Source: Octopus sinensis (taxonomy: Eukaryota). From it: a stretch of 28,424 nt of DNA. A program made the translations under genes and the position numbers. The DNA is taken from positions 1-28,424 of the forward strand of contig NW_021833217.1 of NCBI RefSeq assembly GCF_006345805.1, read 5' to 3'. Below are positions 11,337 to 22,764 of this stretch, piece after piece (within the stretch, counting starts at the first letter, position 1; the number at the start of each line of letters is the position of its first letter). The notes beneath the pieces are model-generated. The model made no database searches and was not told the origin of the DNA. It was given only the letters and a program-made list of their open reading frames with translations.

Positions 11337-11626
11337 TGGCACTAGCTTACGCTTATTGTCCGATCCCCATATACTGCATTAATATACGTTGCACTTTACG
11401 TTGCATTGTTGCCTTTATTGTACTCATAAAGCAAAATATGCCCGAATATGCCCCTTTACCACTTCCATTATTGCTATGAAAAATCGAACTGCACTTTTAT
11501 AAAAAGTTGATGCAAGTAGTTTATCCCACCCCATCCGACATTTAGTGCATGCAATTGAAAATACCGCATTATTTCTGGGCTTACTCAATATATATACACG
11601 ATGGGCTAATTTCAGTTTCTATCTAC

Positions 11627-12077
11627 CAGGCTTAACTGTGTGAGAAGAAGCTTGCTTCCGAACCACTTGGCTCCGGGTTCAGTCCTACTGGTGGGAGCTT
11701 GAGCAAGTGTATTTTACTCTAGTCTCCTGCCAACCAGATCCTTCAGTGGATTTGGTAGAGGGAAACTGAAAGAAGCCTGTAGTATATATTGAAAATTTTT
11801 GTATTAATGGAAAACCTCTATAATTGGCTGATGAGTACTCAGCATCTTAAATATGTTGTAATACTTACAACATTTAATAAAATGATGTAGTACGAAATGA
11901 ATCGTACCAAATTACCAGATTCATTCTTGTTGCTTATTTTGATATATATATATATATATATATATGTGTGTCTTTGCATTTTTGTTTCTCCCCCACCACC
12001 GCTTGACACTCCAATGTAGGAGTGTTTGCAGCATCGTAACTTAGCGGTTCGAGAGAAGAGACTAGTAGAATAAGTAC
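11627..12077 (+). mobile_element. Degenerate SINE (family of 22988-23398) split at its internal (TA)n linker
   Basis: 5' half 11627-11788 (B box GGGTTCAGTCC 11675-11685, GGAAACTGAAAGAAGCC). 3' half 11965-12077 (GTAACTTAGCGGTTCG...TAGAATAAGTAC). Both are colinear with the reverse complement of 22988-23398. Confidence 0.75.
11822..11913 (+). ncRNA. Type I hammerhead ribozyme with extended stem II
   Basis: Stem I AATTGG/CCAAATT; CTGATGA 11828-11834; stem II GTACT/AGTAC with canonical G-C closing pair and a 9-bp inner hairpin ATGTTGTAA/TTACAACAT; GAAA 11894-11897; GTA 11904-11906. Confidence 0.75.
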
Positions 12078-12169
12078 GTGGGTTGAACACCGAGACCGAC
12101 ATCGGAACTGTAACCTGCAAGGCGACCTTTAGAAGTCTAACGCCAACATCACAACAACCAACGCCTTTA

Positions 12170-12460
12170 TTGTCATCACAAAGGCACCACCACCATCACC
12201 ATCACCATCACAACCACCTACACCTTCACCGCCAGAACAATCACCACAGCCAACACCACCATTACAACCAATACCACCACGAACAATAACACCGCCACCA
12301 CTACCGCTAACATCACCACCATCACCACCATTACTACCACAAACAGCACCACCAACACAACTACAACCACCACCACCACCACTAACCCCACCACCACTAA
12401 TCCCACCACCACTAACCCCACCACAACTACCCCTCCCACCACTGCCGCTATTATTTTGAT
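12170..12460. repeat. CAC/CAA-rich low-complexity tract
   Basis: Degenerate (CAC)n read directly. Confidence 0.85.
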
Positions 12461-12633
12461 ACAACATTCCACATTAATTAGACATATAAAACCATTAACT
12501 TCATTCTTTTACTTTTAATTAGTTCCTTCCTTTCATCATTCATCCTTAAATTCTTTCATTTTTCCTTATTATTTCACTCTTTTATTCTACACTAAAATTT
12601 CTATCTATCTTCTCTCTCTCTATGTATACATAC

Positions 12634-12667
<34 letters not shown>

Positions 12668-12856
12668 ACATGCATACAAACATACATACATACGACAACA
12701 ATATTCTGAATCACATTCTTTCCATATAAACAGACGAATTCTGTAAGAACAGTTACAAAAGACGCAATATTCGACATAGCTCCATATAACATACACATTT
12801 GAAAATCAAATGTGAAACCGGTTATGGATGTGTGTGTGTGTGTGTTTCTGTGCATG

Positions 12857-12892
<36 letters not shown>

Positions 12893-13022
12893 GAAGAAAA
12901 AAACACCTTTTATCAATTCAAAATGAACAATTAAATTATACCATCTAGAAAATTACATATAATAGAAATTTGTTTGGATTTTATTCCCTCAAATATATAA
13001 TAATATAATAATAATAATAATA

Positions 13023-13068
<46 letters not shown>

Positions 13069-13427
13069 GACAAATAGGAAAAAATTCTAACGATGCAGAA
13101 AGCTTAAAAAGGCTTTATATTTTCTGGCAGAAATGCCTCTTTTCGGAATAGTCTAGACGAAAAAATGTGTGTCTACACGAAAACATTGAGGCAGGGTCCT
13201 TGGGGACGCATAATTCTTTGACTCTACCATTCTGAAGATAGGTATTTTCGTCCGAAATATATAGGTTGTTTCTGCGCTGTAGGCTTCTCATTTTATATAT
13301 TTTTCTACGTCTGTACTACAATGCTTCAAGCGAATTACGACACTCTTCATACAATCGCATACACACACACACTAACGCGTGTGCCCACACTCAAGAAATA
13401 TATGCATGTATATGAATATAGAAGCTG

Positions 13428-13885
13428 GCTACCCGCATGGTTCTTGGTCTCAAGCATTTGTCTTATGAAGAAAGGCTGAAGACGCTCGATCTTTATTCTC
13501 TAGAAAAATGACGACGCTGTGGTGATCTCATTCTCGCTCACAACATCATAAGCGGAAAGTGTAACCTCTCGAAAGAGCTGTTCTTCACTCCTGCTCCAGA
13601 GCGTCGGCTGTGGGGTCACTCCGAAAAGCTCTATCTGCGACGATTTCATCTCAATCGAAGGAGAGGAGCTTTCTCCGTCCGGGTTGCGGATCCGTGAAAT
13701 AAGCTGCCGGACAAGATAGTGAAGATGCCGACGACCGCTCGGTTCAAAGTCTCTCTTGACCAGAAATGGCCTGAACTCTTTGCATGAACACCCGCCCTGT
13801 ACATAACTCCATGTCCCCCTATATGGCCTTGCTTTTTGCTTTTTGAGCCAAAAAAATTAACTTAACTTAACTTAACTTAACTTAA
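13428..13885 (+). mobile_element. CR1-group LINE 3' end (ORF2 C-terminus pseudogene plus tail)
   Basis: [40 protein letters not shown]...GHSEKL...RRGAFSVRVADP*NKLPDKIV...FKVSLDQKW, with stops at 13509 and 13695 and terminal stop 13785-13787. (TTAAC)n tail at 13857-13885. Confidence 0.92.
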
Positions 13886-14532
13886 TTTACACACATAATC
13901 AGGCAGACAGACAGACAGACAGACACAGACATACACACACAAACCACGAAATACCATATCTGTATTTCTTGCGAACTTTTGTGTAAGTTTCGTGTCTTAG
14001 CTTTTTTGTATACATTATTTTTAACAAAATACTTCTTGAAAAAGATCTCTCCCAGACTGCAGTTATGCGCATTTCACAGCGCATAAATTTATTATGTAAT
14101 GATTATAATATTCATGTGTGTGTGTGTGTGTGTGAGTGTGTGTGGATCAGATGTGTGGAATAGGCGTAGAATTACTGTTCATAAAGTCACAAAGTTTTCA
14201 AAACATACGCTATTGTTATTTGGTCACAGATGTGCGACAAAAATTTTTCACATGTCATAAAATTTCTTTAATTTTGGGACGAATTTAATAGCTTTGAATA
14301 TCAGTGAATGGGTCTTCAAAATTTACTTGCGTTGATATCTCTCTCTCTCTCTCTCTCTCAAAATTTCTCTCCCTTTCTGCTCCTCTCTCCCGCTATACTC
14401 ACACACACATATATATATTCATACTTATGCAACCAGAACTTGATATATAAGTGCTCATGTATTTATCTCTATCTCTTTCTGACTACTCTTTCTTTCTCAC
14501 TCTCTCACTCTCTCTTCCTATATATTTACAGA

Positions 14533-14608
14533 CAGATAGATATATAGATAAATAGATAGATAGATAGATAGATAGGTAACTAGATAGATAGATATATAGA
14601 TAGGTAAC

Positions 14609-14687
<79 letters not shown>

Positions 14688-14790
14688 GTAACTAGATAGA
14701 TAGATAGATAGATTGATAGGTAACTAGATAGATAGATAGATAGTTGGGTAACTAGATAGATATATAGATACATAGATACATACATGCATA
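14533..14790. repeat. (GATA)n microsatellite with recurrent GGTAACTA variant units
   Basis: Direct reading. Confidence 0.95.
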
Positions 14791-15972
14791 CATACATACA
14801 TGCATACATTCATACATGGGTATTTAGTGTGCTTAATAGTCGAATCGTATAAATACATAATTTTGTCAGTATCCTGATATTATTTCACAGATAAAATATG
14901 TATAAAATCTGTATGACGTCATGCAATCTATTTGCCTAAGACTCACACGTACGAAACTGTGTGTGTGTGAGTGTATATACGTATACATACAGATAAATAT
15001 ACACACATATAGAAATGCAAGACCGTATACGTACGTAGGTAGACATATGCGTGCATATATATATATTGGCCTGTAACTACCCATATTCATATCCATATGC
15101 ATATAACTATGCGTATATCTACATCTATATCTATATATGCACATAGATATATAGATGGATGTACGTATATTTGCATAGTGATATAAGCGTATATGTCTTA
15201 GGATAAATTTTATGTAATACCCTAAAAAAAAAAATAGAAACAAAGGCCTTCTGATGTTTTTAAGCGTAAGGACGCAGTTTGTATGTGCTCGTTATATTTC
15301 TTATCTATTTTAAGCTTAAAATATTGTGATGTTAACGATCTAGGGCTGGGAAAGGATTTTAAAATGAAGAAAGAAGATATCGTACATAGGTGAAAGGAAA
15401 GGGGAGATAAGTAGAGACAGAGAGAAAAAGGGTAGGAATGTCGGGGGGGGGGGGGGCGAAAGAGAATAGGAATAAGGTTGATGGGGGTGGCTTGGTTGGG
15501 TTGAGTCGGAGTGTGAATCGCTTAGAGGGTAAATCTTAATGTGCTCATAGCAAAAGAAGTCGGGAAGATGAAAGGGAGAGATGTGTGTGTTTGTTTGTAA
15601 ATATGCATGTTATAGGTAGATATATATATGTATATAGATATATATATAGATTAATATATATATATGTACACATATATATATATATATATAGATAGATATA
15701 GATATATACACGCCTATATATATATATATTCATGTATGTATATTTAAGCGCATAGGCAATCATTTATCTTGTACTCAAACATATATATATATATATTATA
15801 TATAGTATTATATATATATGTCTGTATATATATGTGCATATAAGATATTTATATATCATATACATATTAAATGCACATATCTAATATATATGATATATTA
15901 TATATATAATATATTATATATATATATTATTTATTTATATCTATCTATCTATTCTATCTATCTATCTATCTA

Positions 15973-16013
<41 letters not shown>

Positions 16014-16372
16014 ATATATATATATATGCATACATATTAAAATGTGTGTTTGTGTGTGTATATGTGTCTGGTGTGCGTGTATGCGACTGTATAAAGTGGT
16101 GTTTTTAGTGTACAGCTATACTTAAAGTTATCTGCATCTGTGAGGCATTGCGAATTTTCATATAAAATGTGAAAAATGTAGATACAAAGAGGAAGAACAA
16201 GTAATACAATGTCTACCGTCAGATTAATTGATAGATAAATGATTACACGTTTCCCTTGTCTACATATTTATCAACATAACGATGTATCTACGCATGTACT
16301 TATGTAAGTATTCTTCTGACTACGTTAGGCTATTTATTCCGTCATACAATACATACATACATACATACATAC

Positions 16373-16426
<54 letters not shown>

Positions 16427-16804
16427 CAGATATATTTGTATATGTATATATATATTATATATATACATACAGATATATATGTATGTATATATATACATAC
16501 AGATATATATGTATATGTATATATATATACATACAGGTATATATGTATATATATATAATATATATATACATATATATATACATACACACACACATATATA
16601 TATATACGTATGTGTGTATATATATCCATGATATGTAATCGTGTATGTTGGCAAGTCTCCCTCCCTCCCGAATTCCATAAATTTATGCCTAGTATCTAGC
16701 TAGGCTTCCATATGTGTAAGGACCCGTTTCTCAATATACATCTTTCTATCTATCTATGTGCATGTATGCACATACACACACACGGACACAGAAATATATG
16801 TATA

Positions 16805-16918
16805 ACACGTGACCGGCCAGTCTATCAGATCATGTTAGACACCCCTGATCACGATGCACTTTGCATTGTTTTAGCCTTCAAATGACGACCCCCACCCCCG
16901 GCTGACGAGCGGGCCAAC
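16805..16918 (-). mobile_element. Dispersed repeat fragment (SINE 3'-type), inverted homolog of 19784-19897
   Basis: The reverse complement aligns to 19784-19897 (CTGCTCGC..AGCC..GTCATTT.AAGGC.AAAACAATGC...CTGATAG.CTGG.CGGTCACG). Confidence 0.6.
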
Positions 16919-16994
16919 ATCTTCCACTGATCAAAAGGGAGTCTGCATGAGAATATTACCATAGTGAGTGCAGGGGTCGATGATGCTATATAAC

Positions 16995-18446
16995 AATCTG
17001 TTGTTTATTTGGGGCCTTAGTCTGTCTATGAGGATAGTCACTTAATTTTTAAATTTTCTAAATTTCTGTCATTGACCTCAGTTGTGACTCTTATGTTTTT
17101 GTCGATGTTCCAGCATCTGTCAAGATGTTTTCTGAAGGAGCAGGCTCGTGTGTTTAGATGTTCTTTGATGCGAAAGTGTAAGGGTCTTGTGCTATCCACA
17201 TAAATTCTTACATTTATTATATTGTATACTATACACAACATTTACCCGTTGGCATAAATCTGTGTCACGGATGGAGTAGTTACTTAGTGGGCATTCATTG
17301 CTGTACCTTGCTCGATTCTTTGCTAGGTGTCATCTCAAAGAGGGGCCGGATTGCGCTAGTTGTATGTCTAGTCCTTCTCTTATTGTGGCTCTTTGGATGG
17401 CGGTAGTTATCCTCTCGCTAAAATGGGGTATTTTAAGGAAGCATGTATTGCTGGGTCTTCTGTGTTTGGTGTGTTTGTCGTCTGTTACTTAAGCTGATTC
17501 ACAATACCTCTGGGAAACGTGTGATGTGGGTCGCTTTGCCCACTGTCCTGCTGCACTTGCTCTTGATGCGTATAAGTTCATTTCTAGCGTATCCTATTTT
17601 GGCACCGAGTACAAGGGCTGAATTGTAGTGAACAAACATATCTCTACAGGCTGATTTCCTGTAGAACTCGGTGTGGATCTCTCCTTCTCCCATTATTTTC
17701 AGTTGGAAGTCGAGCAGCGATAGGGATCCAGTGTTGTCGGGATGTTCTATAGTGAACTGTATGTTCATGTCCATGTTGTTGAATGTCGTGAATATTATGT
17801 CAGCCTCTTCACGAGAGGATGTGACTTTGAGGATGTTATCTACGTACCTGGAGAAGAAGGCGCATGATTGGCGGATGTTGAGTGCTTGACGTTCCCGATG
17901 GTTCATATAGGTGATGGCCAATAGACTCGAGAGACGGGATCCAATGGGGACACCTGTTGTCTGCTTGTAGGTGTGATCATGGAAAGAGAGGTAGGTGTTG
18001 TCCACGATGATGGACAATAGTTGATGCATATCAGCTGCGGTGAGTTCGAAGCAGTGGATATCGGACGCTACCATGCCGTCAGTCAATAGGTTGACCGCTG
18101 AGTGTGCTGGTACCGTTGTGTACTTTGAGACAACGTCAAGACAAAAGGTATAGCTGTTTTGCCTGGGTTGGTCTGGGGGCAGTTGGCGCATTCTTTTGAT
18201 GACTTCGTGGGAGTTCTTGACGTGTCCAGGAAAGGTGGAGAGCACGGGTTTCAGATATTTTATATGGAGGTCTCTCAACACTTGAGACGATGAGTCTAAT
18301 CTGGATCGTGTCGCTATCCTTGTGTGTCTTAATGAGGTGGCAGAATCTGGGTTATCTATTTTTCTTTGTGATGAAGTTGGTCTTGTATTTGTTATGTAGT
18401 TGTCTCCGTCTACAAATGTCAGTCCAGCTGTAAATTCTGTCTTCAA
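16995..18446 (-). mobile_element. Decayed Penelope-like element: RT plus Cys-linker plus GIY-YIG endonuclease
   Basis: Out-of-frame N-terminal PRFCHLIKTHK..IRLIVS (KTHK at 18319-18330). ORF 17499-18446 contains LDVVSKYT, YKQTTGVPIGSRLS, RYVDN (17835-17846; YVDD with D to N), IQFTIE..LSLLDF and FYRKS. Downstream: CPLSN..LCQRVNVVYSIQ, IYVDSTRPLHFRIKEHL and TILIDRLRPQINNR, with frameshifts. Confidence 0.93.
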
Positions 18447-18585
18447 GCCTGGTCGCGGTCGTATCTGTCACTTCAGATGTATGTATGTATGTATGTCAGG
18501 ACGTCATGATAGAACGTTAGCTCCTACACGCATTTTTTCTCTCCTTTTTTCTCTACTTGTTTCTCACCTTGTTTTTCTCCGTGTA

Positions 18586-18623
18586 TCTTTCTGTCGAAGA
18601 GCGTAGGCTCGAAACATAAAAGA
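18586..18623 (+). ncRNA. Mutated minimal hammerhead in an inverted pLTR-like segment
   Basis: TCTTT-CTGTCGA-A-GAGC-GTAG-GCTC-GAAACATA-AAAGA. Stems I and II are perfect; the core deviates (CTGTCGA versus CTGANGA; ACAT versus palindromic ACGT). Confidence 0.6.
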
Positions 18624-18719
18624 CTTTTTCTATTTCTATTCCTGAGCGCTATACTAATACATTTGTTTGTTTGTACTCCACCTGCCTTCGTCTTTTGTTT
18701 ATTTTCGTAAACTTTCCCG

Positions 18720-18765
18720 TTATGTATGTATGTATGTATGTATGTATGTATGTATGTATGTATGT
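18720..18765. repeat. (TATG)n microsatellite
   Basis: Direct reading. Confidence 0.95.
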
Positions 18766-18961
18766 ACATAGTCCTGTCTTCGAAAAGTCATATGACGTAT
18801 TCAATGGAGAAGAGTGTATCCTGACCGTCTTACCTGCATGTCACATGACCCTAATATATGAACGTAGACCAATCAATCTGAACGCTCTCGGATAGCGTTC
18901 TTAGGCATATTTTTTCTTAACAAACAACAACAACGACTTGACAGAACACAATTTACGATAC

Positions 18962-19010
18962 AGCTCCATACAACATAGCCTTTTGAAAATCAAATGTGAA
19001 AGCGGCCATG
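18962..19010 (+). repeat. Short dispersed repeat, second copy at 12778-12826
   Basis: AGCTCCATA.AACATA....TTGAAAATCAAATGTGAAA.CGG..ATG occurs in both places. Confidence 0.65.
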
Positions 19011-19744
19011 TGAATTTATATAAATTCATATCAAAATAAATTATAATATATTCTCTCTGCATTTTCATCTTCTGTTCTTCTGGGCTACCAGTTGTTTGGA
19101 TAAATACTGAGTTATGCTATATAATCTCTAATGGTTTGAATTGACTCAGTGACAGTGGATTATTTTCGTGTACTCATTACAAGATAAAAATGAAAAGTTC
19201 ATTTGTTTTTTAATAAATATTTCAAAGAACGCTTCGGTCCCTGATTTTCAACGGGTGAGATATTAAAAACCTTTTCGTGTATCTATTCAGAATATTATTA
19301 CCAGCTACTAATCTGGTCACAAGTAAAAATTATTAACTAATATTTTTATAGTTATTAATAAACAAGAAAGTGAAATTGCATAAAAAATTAGCTTTAGTAA
19401 ACATCATTAGGGATCTTAGTCCTTTTCTAATATTTTGTAATATAACGACAAAGGAAGTTAATTGAAGCCAACAAATAAGTATAAATTCTGACATTATCTA
19501 TCGAAAGATCTATCGTGGCTCTATCGATATTTATAATTAGATTAGTGGTTGGTCTCGACTTTCTATGTGAATATATGATTTTTAGAAAGGCTTAATGACA
19601 CTTGAATATATCGCTATCGGCGACGGATGACTTGAGGTCGAAACAATTGTTGTATCTACTATAATATATATATATATATATATATGTGTGTATGTTGTGT
19701 GTGTGTATATGTATGTATGTATATATATTATATATATAATATAT

Positions 19745-19780
<36 letters not shown>

Positions 19781-19783
19781 ATA

Positions 19784-19897
19784 TTGACCTGCTCGCTTAG
19801 CCAGCGCGGGTGGCGTCATTTAAAGGCCAAAACAATGCGAAACGCATTGTGACCAGCGATGTGTAGCAACATCTGATAGCCTGGTCGGTCACGGTGA
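19784..19897 (+). mobile_element. Dispersed repeat fragment (SINE 3'-type)
   Basis: Inverted homolog of 16805-16918, embedded in (TA)n. Confidence 0.6.
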
Positions 19898-19997
19898 TAT
19901 ATAATATACATATAATATATAATATATAATATATAATATAATATATAATATATAATATATAATATAATATAATATATATATATATAATATATTTATA

Positions 19998-20384
19998 TAT
20001 AATCAAAATAAGCAACAAGTATTCTTAGGTAATTTGGTACAATCGTTTCATGCTACTTCATTTTATTGAACATTGTAAGTATTACATCAGTTTTAAAATG
20101 TTGAGCAATCTTCAACCATTTATAATGTTGGCAAACGAAATGGAAATAAGAATATGTATTGTCCGTTTGAAGGAAGACTTCTATAAATGGCTGAAGATTG
20201 CTCAACATTTTAAAACTGATGTAATACTTACAATGTGTAATAAAATGAAGTAGCATGAAACGATTGTACCAAATTACCTAAGATATACTTGTTGCTTATT
20301 TTGATTATAATCACACCATGGATTTATATGGATAATACCATACAAAATTCTGGTGCCTCTGACTTAAGTACCATATTCATTTGA

Positions 20385-20386
<2 letters not shown>
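19998..20386 (+). mobile_element. Fold-back hammerhead module (same family as 5770-6073 and 11789-11943)
   Basis: Inverted arms 19998-20124 and 20182-20309. The sense arm extends to 20386 with homology to 5770-5856 (reverse complement). (TA)n on both sides. Confidence 0.8.
20185..20275 (+). ncRNA. Type I hammerhead ribozyme, partly degenerate
   Basis: CTGAAGA 20191-20197; stem II TTGCT/AGCAT; inner TGTAA/TTACA; GAAAC-GATT-GTA 20257-20268; stem I TGG/CCA. The antisense-arm copy has TTGAAGA (core C mutated). Confidence 0.65.
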
Positions 20387-20431
<45 letters not shown>

Positions 20432-20449
20432 TTTGTGAGAGTGATTGCA

Positions 20450-20740
20450 CTAGAAAGTTACCCTTCGGAGCATAAGTCCGGGCAAACTTGTCCGGTAAGA
20501 CCAGCAGTCGCCCATGCATACCAGCCGCCCCTCTCCACGCCACCAATGTTATCCAAGGGAAAGGCAAAGACCGATACCATTTGGCACCAGTGACGTCGCA
20601 ACCCGTTTCTACTGCTGAGTGAACTGGAGCAACATGAAATAAAGTGTCTTGCTCAACAACACAACACACGGTCTGGTCCAGGAATCGAACTCACTTGCGC
20701 GTGATTGCGATCCCGACGGTCGAACCACTGAGCCTTACTC
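20450..20740 (-). mobile_element. tRNA-derived SINE with CORE-like segment
   Basis: Minus strand: GGCTCAGTGGTT (A-box-like), GAGTTCGATTCCT (B box, 20680-20692), TTGAGCAAGACACTTTATTTCATGTTGCTCCAGTTCACTCAGC. Confidence 0.8.
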
Positions 20741-21287
20741 ATAAGGTAACGATTGTTCCGAGCCTATATTAAAACCCGCCGCGCGATGAGATTGAACACA
20801 CGACAATGCGGTTGCCAAGTAAAACCTCTTAACCGCATAGCAAAGTTTGCACCAATATTTTTATATATTTTGAAAAATGCAATTTCAGTTTTCTTATTTA
20901 TTTATTTTTTGTCTGCCCTAAATTATTTGCTCGTAAAAATCATATATAATTTATATTTAAAATCTTAACCGCTAATGTACTTCTTGTAATTATGCAGACG
21001 CATACATTCAAGTTTTCAAGACTTTACCATTCTTGCTTACAACACTTTTAATTCTTCTATTTCATTGTTGTTTCTGTGTTTCGAACCCTGCTACGATGCT
21101 AAGTAATGCAGAGAAAATTTAATGAATGTTTATTGGCGCTATAATTTAACGTTTGATTTTTTCCTAATTCCTTTCATCCAATAGACCGGAAGTTGATGGC
21201 TATTAACAAAATTGACAATTCTCAAATAGGCTAAATTTCCGGTATGCTGTTTTGTATAGATATTGCTATTTTTTGTGTGCTATCTCG

Positions 21288-21336
<49 letters not shown>

Positions 21337-21622
21337 ATTATATATGTCTGTATATATATAATGTATATATATATATTATATATATATATATATGTTTGTA
21401 TATATATGTATATGTTTGTATATATATATATATATATATACATATATACACACAAACATATACATATATATATATGTATATGTTTGTGTGTATATATGTG
21501 TATGTATGTATATATATATATATACGCATGTTTTATATATACACATATATATACACAATACACGTATACATATATAAAGGTATATATACGCATGCACACA
21601 CGTGTGTATATATGTGTGTATG

Positions 21623-21657
<35 letters not shown>

Positions 21658-21750
21658 CTTTACATATGAGGGCATATAATAATTGCATTTAGTTATTGTC
21701 ATCGTTGTCATCATCGTCACTTTCTTCATCACCTTCATGATCATCGTCAT

Positions 21751-21753
21751 GGT

Positions 21754-21826
<73 letters not shown>

Positions 21827-22074
21827 CAGTAGTAGTAGTTGCTTCTGTTGTTGATTTTGTTATTTTTTGTCGTACTTTGTAATCTTATTTGATTGTTCTT
21901 CGAAATTTATTTTCACAAAATTTTCAGGAAGTACGTCTGCTGCTCCCTGCTTTTATTCCTCTCCAGTCTCGAATTCATCCTGTCCCCTTTTTTCCCTTCA
22001 TATTACTCTTATTCTTGTACTACATTTGATTCTTCATTTCATACTACTGCCAGGTCGGCTGCTGCTGCTGCCAA

Positions 22075-22109
<35 letters not shown>

Positions 22110-22128
22110 TTACTACTACGACTACTAT

Positions 22129-22160
<32 letters not shown>

Positions 22161-22355
22161 ATGCAACCAATACCACCACAACCACCACTATTACCGCTAC
22201 TAACGTAATAGCAGCCACCACTAACACTACGACCACAACTATCACCATCACCAACTCCTCCAACACTAACATCTTCAACATAACTACTACTACTACAACT
22301 AGTACTACAACTACTACTACTGCTACTGCTGCTGCTGCTACTACTACTACTACTT

Positions 22356-22398
<43 letters not shown>

Positions 22399-22400
22399 AA
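21751..22400. repeat. (TAG)n array followed by (CTA)n arrays in opposite orientation
   Basis: (TAG)n at about 21751-21840; (TAC/CTA)n at about 22075-22160 and 22280-22398. Confidence 0.9.
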
Positions 22401-22764
22401 TAAAATTTTTTTCAATTTTGGTATTTTCTCCCCACTCGTAATTTCCTCTTTCCTCTCTTCCTCGATTTTTCTTTTCTCTATCTCCTTATCACTGGAACCC
22501 CCTGCTGCTAGCATCCCCGCCGATAACTCATCCCGTCTTTATCCCCAACCGAGATCTTTTTCGTCTCTTCCTCCTACTTTTTCTGTTCATCATCGTTATT
22601 ATTCATCTGGATATCATCCTCATAAATAAATTTAAATACAACTACATCAACAACAACAACAACAATAGGTACAAGGCCTGAAATTTTCGTAAGGGCTAGA
22701 GAGATTCCGCTAAACCTTTTGGCTAATTCGATTATGATTTTACTCATTCAGAATAAAATTCTCC

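Larger units (their letters stand above)
10396..11588 (-). mobile_element. Decayed mariner (Tc1/mariner) transposon, 3'-truncated, interrupted by a 372-bp insertion
   Basis: TIR-like end at 11588 beside TA (11589-11590). Minus translation with frameshifts and stops: MEVVKGHIR..ILLYEYNKGNNA..INAVYGDRTISVS*C|QR*FLKFRAGNYSLEDEHRPGR..LVEQNP..EELAEKL, *VPHKL (10732-10743), IVTGDDKW (10621-10644), LHPRKV..HFQLLNPDQTIT..YCEKL. These match the mariner HTH, WVPHEL and first catalytic Asp motifs. Confidence 0.92.

Noticed and set aside
17240-17340. Selenocysteine recoding in the PLE Cys linker
   Set aside because: The in-frame stops at the expected Cys region are TAA, not TGA, and I see no SECIS.
18260-18446. 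N-terminal ~60 aa of ORF 17499-18446 as true RT start
   Set aside because: The conserved KTHK/IRxIVS motif lies in another frame, so the ORF start is a frameshift artefact and the gene is not intact (also YVDN).
20050-20256. Mirror-image ORFs on both strands
   Set aside because: A consequence of the palindrome; the same holds for 24597-24896 versus 26132-26376.
21918-21935. 3-nt microexon TTTTCAG|GAA|GTACGT
   Set aside because: Such motifs arise often by chance in AT-rich DNA; there is no supporting gene context.
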